Positions 10,918 through 19,460 of a stretch of DNA of 64,000 bases are shown here, piece by piece. The position numbers and the translations under genes are program-made. Origin of the DNA: Dehalococcoidia bacterium (GTDB lineage: Bacteria; Chloroflexota; Dehalococcoidia; Lucifugimonadales; QGNO01); the NCBI GenBank assembly GCA_965249115.1, contig CBDFLI010000002.1:2106636-2170635 (forward strand), in the 5' to 3' direction. The notes under the pieces were generated by a model. The model did not search any database. It saw only the letters and a list, made by a program, of their open reading frames with translations, and was not told the origin of the DNA. Position 1 is the stretch's first letter; the number at the start of each line of letters is the position of its first letter.

Positions 10918-12174
10918 ATGCAGAATGCTCGCAAAGTCGTAGTGACCGGATTGGGTACTGTTAATCCCGTTGGACTGGGCGTCCGGGAGACCTGGGAGAA
11001 CCTACTGGCGGGAAACAGTGGCATAAGACGTATCCAGGCCTTTGACCCCGAAGAGTGGGGCTTAAGCACACACATAGCCGGTGAGGTAAAGGGCTTTGAT
11101 CCTGAGGAGTATATGGACCGGAAAGAGGCTCGAAGGGTTGACCGGTTCAGTCAGCTGGCTTTGGCTGCCGCCAAGGAGGCCGTAGCCCAGTCACAACTGA
11201 AGCTGGAAGGCGAGACCCGGTACCAGGTGGGTACAATCATAGCCAGCGGAGTAGGTGGGATAAGTACCATCATAGACCAGTCTCACGTGCTCAGGGACCG
11301 GGGCACCAGGCGAGTGAGTCCCTTCACCGTACCCATGATGATGCCCAATGCGGCGTCGGGGATCGTATCCATACACATGGGCGCATGGGGCCCCAACTTC
11401 GCCACGGCATCGGCCTGCGCTTCGTCGGCGGACTCCCTCGGAATAGCGTTGGATATGGTCCGCAACGGACGCGTCAAGGCCATGATAGCTGGTGGAAGCG
11501 AGTCCACCATAGTTCCGATATGTATCGCCTCCTTTGAGCAGGCCCAGGCCCTTACCAAAAGCCACAACGCCGCTCCAGAGAAGGCCTCACGCCCCTTTGA
11601 CCTGGACAGGGACGGGTTTGTGTTATCCGAAGGCGCCGCTGTCCTGGTCTTGGAGGATGAGGAGTTCGCCAGGGCACGGGGCGCTCAAGTCCTGGCGGAG
11701 TTTTCCGGTTACGGAGCGGGGGCGGACGGATACCACATTACGGCGCCTGAACCCCAGGGCCGGGGGGCCGTCAAGGCAATGGCGGACGCCCTGCGAGATG
11801 CCGGTGAAAACGGCGACGCCGTGACCTACATAAACGCCCACGGCACGTCCACACAGCTCAATGATAAGGTGGAGACAATAGCTATTAACCAGGTATTTGG
11901 TGAAGCGGCTGCCGGGATTCCCGTGAGTTCAACCAAGTCCATGACAGGACACCTGGCAGGTGCGGCCGGCGCCCTGGAAGCAGTCGTCTCCGTCAAAGTA
12001 GTAGAGACCGGGTGGGCGCCACCCACTATCAACTACGATACCCCTGACCCGGAATGTTCCCTGGACTACATCCCCTGGAAAGCCCGCGAGATCAAGCAGG
12101 GACTGGCAATGTCCAACTCGTTCGGGTTCGGTGGGCACAGTTCGTGTCTGGTATTCCGTGGATACGAAAACTAG
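10918..12174 (+). CDS. fabF: Beta-ketoacyl-ACP synthase II
   Basis: Cys-His-His triad in TACASS, NAHGTST and KSMTGHLAGA; SNSFGFGG. Confidence 0.93.
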   Translation: MQNARKVVVTGLGTVNPVGLGVRETWENLLAGNSGIRRIQAFDPEEWGLSTHIAGEVKGFDPEEYMDRKEARRVDRFSQLALAAAKEAVAQSQLKLEGETRYQVGTIIASGVGGISTIIDQSHVLRDRGTRRVSPFTVPMMMPNAASGIVSIHMGAWGPNFATASACASSADSLGIALDMVRNGRVKAMIAGGSESTIVPICIASFEQAQALTKSHNAAPEKASRPFDLDRDGFVLSEGAAVLVLEDEEFARARGAQVLAEFSGYGAGADGYHITAPEPQGRGAVKAMADALRDAGENGDAVTYINAHGTSTQLNDKVETIAINQVFGEAAAGIPVSSTKSMTGHLAGAAGALEAVVSVKVVETGWAPPTINYDTPDPECSLDYIPWKAREIKQGLAMSNSFGFGGHSSCLVFRGYEN

Positions 12175-12246
12175 GCTGGTTGCGATAAGTCAGATGGATA
12201 GCATATTATGTCAGACAACCTGGGCCGCACAGGTGAGGATTATAGA

Positions 12247-13110
12247 ATGACGGTTCAAACGACAGAATTTCTCTATGAGCCGTTTGCCGAGACTGCAGAA
12301 TACAGAACGGTAAACGGGACCATAGTCCGTGCGTGGATAGAGTCCATGGTTAACAAAGGCTCCAAGGAAGTGGGCCGCCTGCTGGACATCGCTACGGGCG
12401 TAGGCACCATGGTCCAGATTTTCCTCGAAAACCTGCCCAAGCAGTGGAAACAACCAACGGTACTGTGCCTTGATCAGAGTGAGGAGGCCCTGCAGCAGGC
12501 GAAAGCGTCTCTGGAGCCGCAGGTAGAGAACCTGGAACTGGTCCTCGCTCAGGCGGAGAATCTGAAGCTTCCGGCCAATAGCGTTGATGTTGCCATATGG
12601 GGCAACGGCATTCATTACCTGGCTTCCGAAGGCCAGGAGAAGGCGTTGCGAGCGATAAAAAAGGCACTTAAGAAGGGTGGCTGGCTGTGTTTCAACTCCG
12701 CGTTTTACGCAGAGTCACGTCCACCGGAGACGCTACCGTTCTACAGGGCACAGATCAAGCATGCGGTTGAGTACTTGCACGCTCGGGGCCTGGTCAGAGA
12801 CCGTAGCGAGGCCCGGCCCGTGGCCAGTACCTTCATGCCCAGGGTACACTATGAGGACCTGCTGACACGGGTGGGGTTCAAGGTAGAAGAGGTCAAAGAA
12901 GTAGCCATACGCGTCAGGAAGACCGCATGGGAGCATATCAGCAGCTTTCAACATTATGCGGCCGGTGCTCTACACGGCTACCGTGCCGACGCCGCCGCAG
13001 AAGCCATGAGGGAGTCGGTGGTACCTGCCCTGGAGGAACACGGGAGCAGAGACGCCCAGGGTAATCTGACCATTTCCCGGAACTGGCTGGCCATCAGCGC
13101 TCGCGCATAG
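12247..13110 (+). CDS. Class I SAM-dependent methyltransferase
   Basis: Motif I LLDIATGVG, LCLDQS, AENLKLPANSVDV, ALKKGGWLCF; start after GAGGA. Confidence 0.82.
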   Translation: MTVQTTEFLYEPFAETAEYRTVNGTIVRAWIESMVNKGSKEVGRLLDIATGVGTMVQIFLENLPKQWKQPTVLCLDQSEEALQQAKASLEPQVENLELVLAQAENLKLPANSVDVAIWGNGIHYLASEGQEKALRAIKKALKKGGWLCFNSAFYAESRPPETLPFYRAQIKHAVEYLHARGLVRDRSEARPVASTFMPRVHYEDLLTRVGFKVEEVKEVAIRVRKTAWEHISSFQHYAAGALHGYRADAAAEAMRESVVPALEEHGSRDAQGNLTISRNWLAISARA

Positions 13111-13180
13111 CATACTCAGCCACCGCTAGGCGTATCAAACGTATGCTGGGTTCTCCGTTCGACATAATGGACGGGTCCCC

Positions 13181-14698
13181 CTATCCCCTCTGTCGATACT
13201 GCAACGCCTCCGCAAGGTGGACCACGCCTATTTTGTCCGAGCTCGCCAGGTCAGCTATGGTCCGGGCCAGCTTGAGCACGCGATGGAACCCCCTGGCAGA
13301 GAGCCCCAATTGACGCATCGCTGCCTGGAGGAGTCCACGTGTGGACTCGTTCAACGGACAATGGGTCCACACCTCCTGTGGGCCCATGTCAGCGTTGCAG
13401 GTCATGTCATGGTCGGGGAAACGCAGCATCTGGACTTCCCTGGCCTGCTTCACCCTCTGTCGTACGGCCTCGGACGAGTCAGCTGATGGGTCCTCCACCA
13501 GCTTCTCGTACTCCACCCGTGGCACGTCCACGAACATGTCCATACGGTCCAGCAGGGGGCCGCTTACCCGTTTCTGGTACCTGGCCACCATACCTAACGT
13601 GCACGTGCACTCCCGCTGGGTGTCTCCGTAAAAGCCACATGCGCAGGGGTTCATGGCGGCCACCAGCATGAAGTTGGCGGGAAAGGTCACGTTCCACTGG
13701 ACACGACTAATGGTGACCTTTTTGTCTTCCATGGGCTGGCGCAATACCTCCAGGACGTTGTGGCCGAACTCTGGGAACTCGTCCAGGAACAGCACGCCCC
13801 TGTGGGACAGGGTGACTTCGCCGGGATGTGGCCAGCGTCCACCGCCCACCAGCGCGGCGTGGGATATGGTGTAGTGAGGCGATCGAAATGGCCGTTGAAC
13901 AATGAGTGGCGAGTCTTGGGGAATGAGACCGCCAATGCTGTATATCTTGGTGACCTCCAGAGACTCTTCAGGGGTCAGGGGCGGCAGCACAGTGGGGAGT
14001 GCCCGTGCCAGCAGGGTCTTCCCACTTCCCGGCGGTCCGCTCATAAGGAGGTTATGGCCCCCGGCTGCGGCTATCTCCAGGGCTCGCTTGGCGTGTTCTT
14101 GTCCGCGGATGTGACTGAGATCAAGGCCGTCCACGGCCGGGTTGTCAGCCGGTGCGGGGTCGTTGGAAGAGTCGTAGGCTGAAAGTACCCCGTCGCCCCG
14201 CAGGTGATTGACCAACTCCGCCAGGGTCTGGACGGGAATAACCTGGATCCCGCTCACCAGGGCGGCCTCTCTAGCGTCCACGGCTGGGACGAACACCGTC
14301 TGAAACCCCTGCTGTCGTGCCAGGGCCACCATTGGCAGAACGCCGTTAGTGTGTCGCAGGTGGCCGTCCAGGGAAAGTTCCCCCAGGAAAAGGCTTGAAT
14401 CCGGGCTGGAGGGGACCTGTCCGGAGCTTGTTAGGAGGCCAACGGCTATCGGAAGGTCGTAGGTTGGGCCCTCCTTCTTGAGGTCCGCGGGCGCCAGGTT
14501 CACGGTGACGCGACGTAATGGGAACTCGTAGCCCGAGTTTCGGATAGCCGCGCGCACCCGCTCCCGCGCCTCCTGTACCGCCGTATCGGGCAGCCCGACG
14601 ACGTTAAAGGCAGGCAACCCTTGAGAGATGTCTACTTCAACCTCTACAACGGCACCGTCCAGCCCTATTACGGCACAGGTGTTGACCTTGGCGAGCAA
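13181..14698 (-). CDS. comM: ComM/YifB Mg-chelatase-like AAA+ ATPase
   Basis: GLPDTAVQEARERVRAA, NLAPADLKKEG, GPPGSGKT, LFLDEFPEF, AAMNPCACG, GLSARGFHRVLKLARTIADL; probable TTG start at 14698. Confidence 0.95.
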   Translation of the reverse strand: MLAKVNTCAVIGLDGAVVEVEVDISQGLPAFNVVGLPDTAVQEARERVRAAIRNSGYEFPLRRVTVNLAPADLKKEGPTYDLPIAVGLLTSSGQVPSSPDSSLFLGELSLDGHLRHTNGVLPMVALARQQGFQTVFVPAVDAREAALVSGIQVIPVQTLAELVNHLRGDGVLSAYDSSNDPAPADNPAVDGLDLSHIRGQEHAKRALEIAAAGGHNLLMSGPPGSGKTLLARALPTVLPPLTPEESLEVTKIYSIGGLIPQDSPLIVQRPFRSPHYTISHAALVGGGRWPHPGEVTLSHRGVLFLDEFPEFGHNVLEVLRQPMEDKKVTISRVQWNVTFPANFMLVAAMNPCACGFYGDTQRECTCTLGMVARYQKRVSGPLLDRMDMFVDVPRVEYEKLVEDPSADSSEAVRQRVKQAREVQMLRFPDHDMTCNADMGPQEVWTHCPLNESTRGLLQAAMRQLGLSARGFHRVLKLARTIADLASSDKIGVVHLAEALQYRQRG

Positions 14699-14893
14699 AG
14701 AGTCCGCCTTTAGGAGCGATATCTCCAATCTTAGCGGGCGGACGGTAAAGCGTCAAAAGATTACACGCCAGCACCTCCTCCACAGCATCAACACACAGCG
14801 CACTGGCTAGGCAGAATGCTAGTTCGGGTATTTGCATTAGGGGAGACCAGTTGGCTCATAAATGCGAGCCATATGGGTCAGCTGCCAGGCCGA

Positions 14894-14943
14894 GTTGATG
14901 CCTACACTGAGGCCAAGACACTCTTCATACGATCCGTGGAGGC
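14894..14943 (+). repeat. GrpB-like 3'-end fragment, copy 1
   Basis: Encodes VDAYTEAKTLFIRSVEA; 43/50 nt identical to 15713..15762. Confidence 0.7.
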
Positions 14944-15121
14944 CCTGACGTTATCAGGATGGCAAAGCTCTCTCCTTGACCTGATAAACGAAGACCTTTA
15001 CCCTTGCGGTGTCAGTGTGGCGGCCTACGGAGTTCCGGCCAGTTGGTGTGGGTTATCTCGGTAGGGACCACCTCTAAGCCGCATTAACTGGAAGCAACGG
15101 GACCCCCTTCCCGGCGCGAGT

Positions 15122-15541
15122 TTGAGACGAAAAGTGCACGCTCTCTTCAAAATCTTCGGTATCCTCTGGCTCATCGGGGGAGGTGTGGCTACCGTTGGTC
15201 TCTTAGCGCAGCTCTGGCTAATATGGAGAGACCCGGCTCTTCCTGTTGGAGTTCCTGCTGCCGTACCTTTCTTTGGTTCTTTGCCTTTTCTTGGGTTAAC
15301 TGGGGCAGCTGTTGCCAACGGATTAGGGCTGGTCACACGCAAACGTTGGTCCCGGTCCGTCACTACCATTCTGTCGACCATCCTGCTCTTGTTCAGCCTC
15401 GCCAGCCTGGTTCTTATCGGATCGGCGACCGGTATCATGCCGCTCCTTTTAATGGTGGTCCTGTTCTTGATCGGGATTTCTGGGCTCTGGGTCATGCTGT
15501 CAAGCAGAGGGAAACGCGCCTTTGAGGTGTATGTGTCCTGA
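15122..15541 (+). CDS. Hypothetical membrane protein (about 4 TM)
   Basis: Strongly hydrophobic 139-aa ORF; start uncertain (TTG 15122 or GTG 15134). Confidence 0.65.
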   Translation: MRRKVHALFKIFGILWLIGGGVATVGLLAQLWLIWRDPALPVGVPAAVPFFGSLPFLGLTGAAVANGLGLVTRKRWSRSVTTILSTILLLFSLASLVLIGSATGIMPLLLMVVLFLIGISGLWVMLSSRGKRAFEVYVS

Positions 15542-15617
15542 TTCATTGGAGATGCGAATTCCACTGGTCATATTGAGGAATAACATATCGGGGTCGAGAT
15601 GGAGTTGGACCCGGCCA

Positions 15618-15762
15618 CACCTTATTCCCCGTGACTACCTCCGAGCCCATCCCGACACGGCAAGGGAGTACCTGGTCCTCAGGAGGAGTTCACCGCAGCT
15701 TCCGGCGACTACGTTGATGCCTACGTCGAGGCCAAGACACCCCTCATACGGTCTGTGGAGGC
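15618..15762 (+). pseudogene. GrpB/UPF0157 family C-terminal remnant with frameshift (copy 2)
   Basis: HLIPRDYLRAHPDTAREYLVLR, then after a one-base shift in AGGAGGAG: EFTAASGDYVDAYVEAKTPLIRSVEA. Matches the GrpB tail pattern HLxFRDYLRxHP...AYxxAK. Confidence 0.7.
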
Positions 15763-15899
15763 TAGGCCGAGCCGGTGGGCGGGAAACCAACGGTCTGCCT
15801 GGTTTAGTAAACGACGGCCGCCACGGTCACGGGTTCGTGGAGGCTGACGGCGCTAAGTAAAAGACGACCCCTCTCGAGGATTTCGCGTTTGAGTCGTCA

Positions 15900-16365
15900 C
15901 TATGCGGCTGTCTGAGCTCCAACGACGCGGGCAATGGCCTCGCGCAATTGATAAGGGCTAACCGGTTTGCTGACCACCAGATCTACTGATTCGGGGATGT
16001 CCCCGGTAAGCGGCATGAGGTGACCAAATCCGGTCAACATGATGATAGGCGTTTTGGGCGCACGTGCTTTGATATGCGCTGCGAGTTCGTCGCCATTCAT
16101 CCCTGGCATCGCCCGATCTATTACCACCAAGTCGAATTGGTCCGTCTCGAAAGTCGCCAAGGCGGAGTCTCCAGTGCTTGCTACATTAATTTCATGGCCA
16201 TCTGCCCTGAGACAATCTGCCACAATCTTGAGAACCACTGGTTCATCGTCGACAGCGAGGATTCGCAGGGGGCCCGTCCTGACTGCTTGAGAAGCGTTCC
16301 CGTTCGCCGAGGATAGTGCGCCAGTAGAATCTATCGGAAGCTGGATGAAGAACGTGGTGCGGTGG
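15900..16365 (-). pseudogene. C-terminal remnant of a hybrid histidine kinase (last HATPase strand + intact receiver)
   Basis: TTFFIQLP linker then ILAVDDEP...DLVVIDRAMPGMNG...IMLTG...SKP; the phospho-Asp, Thr and Lys are present. It may still be translated as a stand-alone receiver. Confidence 0.7.
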
Positions 16366-16797
16366 ACCGTTGCTACATCGTTAGTATCTGTCCTGTTCAT
16401 AGTGGCGGTCTCCTCAGTTTTCGCCACCACTCACCTGTGGGAGAAAACTGTGGATGGCGTAGACTTGGACGCTCAGGCAAGCATACAGGACAATGGAAAT
16501 CGTTCCTGGGCTGGGGCCGCAGCTTCACATGCAAGTGAGGACATCGCCTCAATTGGGGCACATGTTAAGGGAATAGAGAAATGTTTCCTCTCGACCTACA
16601 CCCGTTTTAATCCAAGTTGGACATGGGACGCTGATTCGCAATGGGCTGTGTCGAACGGGAACGGCTCTTACTCAAGCACTGCAGGATGCCTTGGTTTCCA
16701 GCTCCTACAATCTAAAGGTAGTCATGATTTCTATGATGGAGGTCATGGAATTAACGAGTCACCGTCTACATTAAACGCGATAGTACTCGCCCCATGA
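16345..16797 (+). CDS. Hypothetical secreted protein
   Basis: Sec-type signal peptide ending VFA; S/G/N/W-rich mature part with two Cys; followed by a strong terminator. Confidence 0.65.
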   Translation: MKNVVRWTVATSLVSVLFIVAVSSVFATTHLWEKTVDGVDLDAQASIQDNGNRSWAGAAASHASEDIASIGAHVKGIEKCFLSTYTRFNPSWTWDADSQWAVSNGNGSYSSTAGCLGFQLLQSKGSHDFYDGGHGINESPSTLNAIVLAP

Positions 16798-16807
16798 TGT
16801 GATTGCC

Positions 16808-16848
16808 AAAGGCGTCCCTTTGCGTAGGCAGAGGGGCGCCTTTTTTTT
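16808..16848 (+). terminator. Intrinsic terminator
   Basis: GGCGTCCCTTTGC-GTAG-GCAGAGGGGCGCC stem followed by T8. Confidence 0.88.
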
Positions 16849-16892
16849 CTTGGAAGAACCCGAGATAGTGGTGGTACAATTTCCTAGTCAAT

Positions 16893-16990
16893 TCACGGCG
16901 TTCGGGCAGTTCTAGTCCGAATTAATTCCTCCAATGTCCCGGAAAGCCGAGCAGTATCCTCATGGGCATATCGTCCGAATTCCATCCAGA
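16893..16990 (-). pseudogene. Possible signalling-helix remnant of a histidine kinase
   Basis: YAHEDTARLSGTLEELIRTRTA resembles the LE.LV..RTAEL coiled coil that precedes HisKA; same strand as the other kinase remnants. Confidence 0.3.
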
Positions 16991-17104
16991 CGCGAAGCGT
17001 AACTTCCCAAGACAAAGGCACAGGCGAACGGGCGGAGGTGACGTTGTTTGTCGTTCTCATTGCAGAAGAGGGCCGACCCATTCTTCGTAAGATATAATTG
17101 GTGT

Positions 17105-17848
17105 ATGAGAGTCTCGCTCAACCTGATCTTCATCGCAGGTATATTTGCAACGTTGCTACTGGCCGCTTGTGCCCAGGTCGAGCCGACTGCCACACCTGCC
17201 CCGGCTGTTACGGGTATCATAGGACCCAAGTCCTTGCCTGGGCTCAAGACCGCGACTTTCGGTCCCGATGCAGAGTTACTCGTATACGCTCGCACACGTA
17301 GGTCCGAGTATCTAGAACTTCCGGGATGGGCGGCAGTACCTCCAAGTGGAAGATTGAACCCCCCGGTGACTATCACTGAAGCCTGGAGTCTCGTGGATGG
17401 AACGGGGTTGGTTTCTCGGGCACATGGGATTGTTAGCACACCTGATGGGGGCGTGATCCAAGAGAGTTTCTACGAGACCGGGGGACCGCTGGTCACCTTT
17501 ACTTCTGAGGGTACAGAATCATACCGTCCGCCAGGGGACATTCTGAGAGTGATTCTCGACCGGGGCCAGGACATTGAATCGGCGATCTTGGACCCGGACT
17601 GGATTGAGGTGTCCGATTCTACGACCGGCGGTATCAGAGTCTTTGAGCTTCATCGAGCTCCAACTGAATTCATTACCATTGGGACGATACTAGTCGCAGG
17701 GTACGACGCCACTGGCGCTATTGTGCAGACCACAATTACTGAGGCCGAATCCGGAATGCTGATAGAACGTATGACAATTGAAGTCTTTGACGTCAGCGTC
17801 TCATCAGGTCTCGATCCAAAGATATGGGAGGCAGTTGCTGAGTGGTGA
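17105..17848 (+). CDS. Hypothetical lipoprotein
   Basis: Lipobox LLLAAC, then a P/T/A-rich linker (EPTATPAP); TATAAT 6 nt before the ATG suggests a leaderless mRNA. Confidence 0.8.
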   Translation: MRVSLNLIFIAGIFATLLLAACAQVEPTATPAPAVTGIIGPKSLPGLKTATFGPDAELLVYARTRRSEYLELPGWAAVPPSGRLNPPVTITEAWSLVDGTGLVSRAHGIVSTPDGGVIQESFYETGGPLVTFTSEGTESYRPPGDILRVILDRGQDIESAILDPDWIEVSDSTTGGIRVFELHRAPTEFITIGTILVAGYDATGAIVQTTITEAESGMLIERMTIEVFDVSVSSGLDPKIWEAVAEW

Positions 17849-18013
17849 TGGAGTTGGACATGCTGCCACACCGACAACCAAAGTTATCAGTGCTCCGAAT
17901 GCTATTCAAATGGTCACTCTTGTAATGGCAGTTGTACAGGTGTCATCTGCTCAAGTTATACTGGGCTTGGCACATGCGGTGGTGGTGGACCAAATGGTCC
18001 TAGCAGTGGATAG
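17849..18013 (+). other. Startless Cys-rich reading frame in phase with the lipoprotein TGA
   Basis: WSWTCCHTDNQSYQCSECYSNGHSCNGSCTGVICSSYTGLGTCGGGGPNGPSSG*; 8 Cys in 54 codons. Confidence 0.5.
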
Positions 18014-18059
18014 CGGCGGGGTGAATAATTCGAATGAATACAGCGATGGCAACGCTGGC

Positions 18060-18246
18060 CAGGCATCATCGCTGTACCGTGTGCCTTGAGAAGGATGACG
18101 TTATTATCCAAGCTCGAATGGAGGAATAGCGAAATTCCTGTGGCGAGCACCAGCGCAACGACAAAGGTGGTGGCCGAGTACCAGAATAAGAGTCGATCCT
18201 TCAGGTGTCCCAAATTAGCCTCCCAAGAACGACGCTGTTTATTCAA
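18060..18246 (-). pseudogene. N-terminal membrane-anchor remnant, probably of a sensor kinase
   Basis: LLFWYSATTFVVALVLATGISLFLHSSLDNNVILLKAHGTAMM (one TM helix), after which the frame loses coherence. Confidence 0.4.
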
Positions 18247-18307
18247 ACAGCATAGCAGGGAACCGGTTACCGAGCCTGGGGGGCTGCACCACTTGGGGAG
18301 AAGAATT

Positions 18308-18475
18308 TCACGCAGCGGGGGCCTTCTTCATCAGCCTGCTGTAGATGAGCCATGATACGGCGCCGGCCTTGGGGGCGCTCCATTTCAGGCCCATGAGTGT
18401 CACCAGGAGGACCAGTAGCGGCGTCGAGGCCAAAAGCCCGTTGGCGAGGTTCAGCGTAGGGCCGGGTGATTCCAC
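18308..18475 (-). pseudogene. Truncated L-lactate permease-like N-terminus
   Basis: RBS AGGAGG + GTG; TLNLANGLLASTPLLVLLVTLMGLKWSAPKAGAVSWLI resembles the LctP N-terminus but stops after 55 aa. Confidence 0.5.
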
Positions 18476-18632
18476 TAATTGCGCCTCCTATTCGGCCTGG
18501 ACAAGTCCTTCGTGCGCCGTCGGCGCTAGCAAATATAGCAGCGACTCGGTAATGCAGCAATTGGCGTAGCCTTTTTAGGACCAGGCACACGGCCGGGCAG
18601 GTGCTCCCGTTCTGCTCCCTGGTTTTGACGGA

Positions 18633-18679
18633 TTGACACGTAATAATTCGCGCAACTATAATGACTAACCAGTTAGTCA
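18633..18679 (+). promoter_or_regulatory. Sigma70 promoter with TetR-type operator
   Basis: TTGACA(18633)-18 nt-TATAAT(18657); perfect inverted repeat TGACTAAC-CA-GTTAGTCA (18662-18679) over the start site. Confidence 0.8.
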
Positions 18680-18700
18680 GTTATTATAGGATAAACGGTA

Positions 18701-19294
18701 ATGCCGCGACCCGACGTCAGCCAGAAACGCACGGCCCAGATACTAGATGCCGCAACCGTCGTCTTCGCACGCTCAGGCGTCCACCAGGCCTCCATGGACG
18801 ACATCGCCCGGGAGGTCGGCTTGAGTAAGGGCTCCCTTTACGTCTATTTTGAAAGCAAGGACGATATCATCGCAGCCATCCAGCAGCGGTTGCTCAACGT
18901 GGACCTGGAAGCCCTGCGCTCCTTCCTGGCGGCCCCAGGACCGGCCAGCTGGCGACTCCTATTGCTCACCCAACGCATGGCCCAGGACGTGGAGCGGATG
19001 TCCCCTATGCTCTCCATCACGTATGAGCTGTACGCCGTGGCGGTGCGTAGTGAATCAGTGCGACAGGCGTACGAGGACTATTTCAAGGCCCATCGAGATA
19101 TACTGGCCGACCTGATCCGGCAGGGAATAAAGCGTGGCGAGTTTAGAGACGCAGACGCCCAGCAGTCGGCTATTGCCGTGATGGCCGTTTATCAGGGACT
19201 TATCCTGCTGAGCGCCATGGACCCCCACGTCGTCAAGTGGGAACAGGCCGGTAAGCTGGCGGTCGGTCTCCTGACCACCGGTCTGCGGCCATAG
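18701..19294 (+). CDS. TetR/AcrR family regulator
   Basis: QILDAATVVFARSGVHQASMDDIAREVGLSKGSLYVYFESKDDI HTH; TetR_C region GIKRGEFR. Confidence 0.95.
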   Translation: MPRPDVSQKRTAQILDAATVVFARSGVHQASMDDIAREVGLSKGSLYVYFESKDDIIAAIQQRLLNVDLEALRSFLAAPGPASWRLLLLTQRMAQDVERMSPMLSITYELYAVAVRSESVRQAYEDYFKAHRDILADLIRQGIKRGEFRDADAQQSAIAVMAVYQGLILLSAMDPHVVKWEQAGKLAVGLLTTGLRP

Positions 19295-19460
19295 GCCGGT
19301 ATCAGTCTCATAAGGGGGAAAAAATCAGTGCGTGGATTTCGCTGTGTTGGACTGGCAAGGACTGTTGGAAGGAGAAAAGTCTGCGTAGAACAACCTATGG
19401 ACACCTGGGATTACCCTGCTATCATTTGCTGACGACGGTGATTATCAAGGAGGGGTTGTC

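Noticed and set aside
14985-15030. LYPCG...AYG segment as a third comM-like att copy
   Set aside because: Spacing and nucleotide similarity to the 47518/49401 repeats are too poor.
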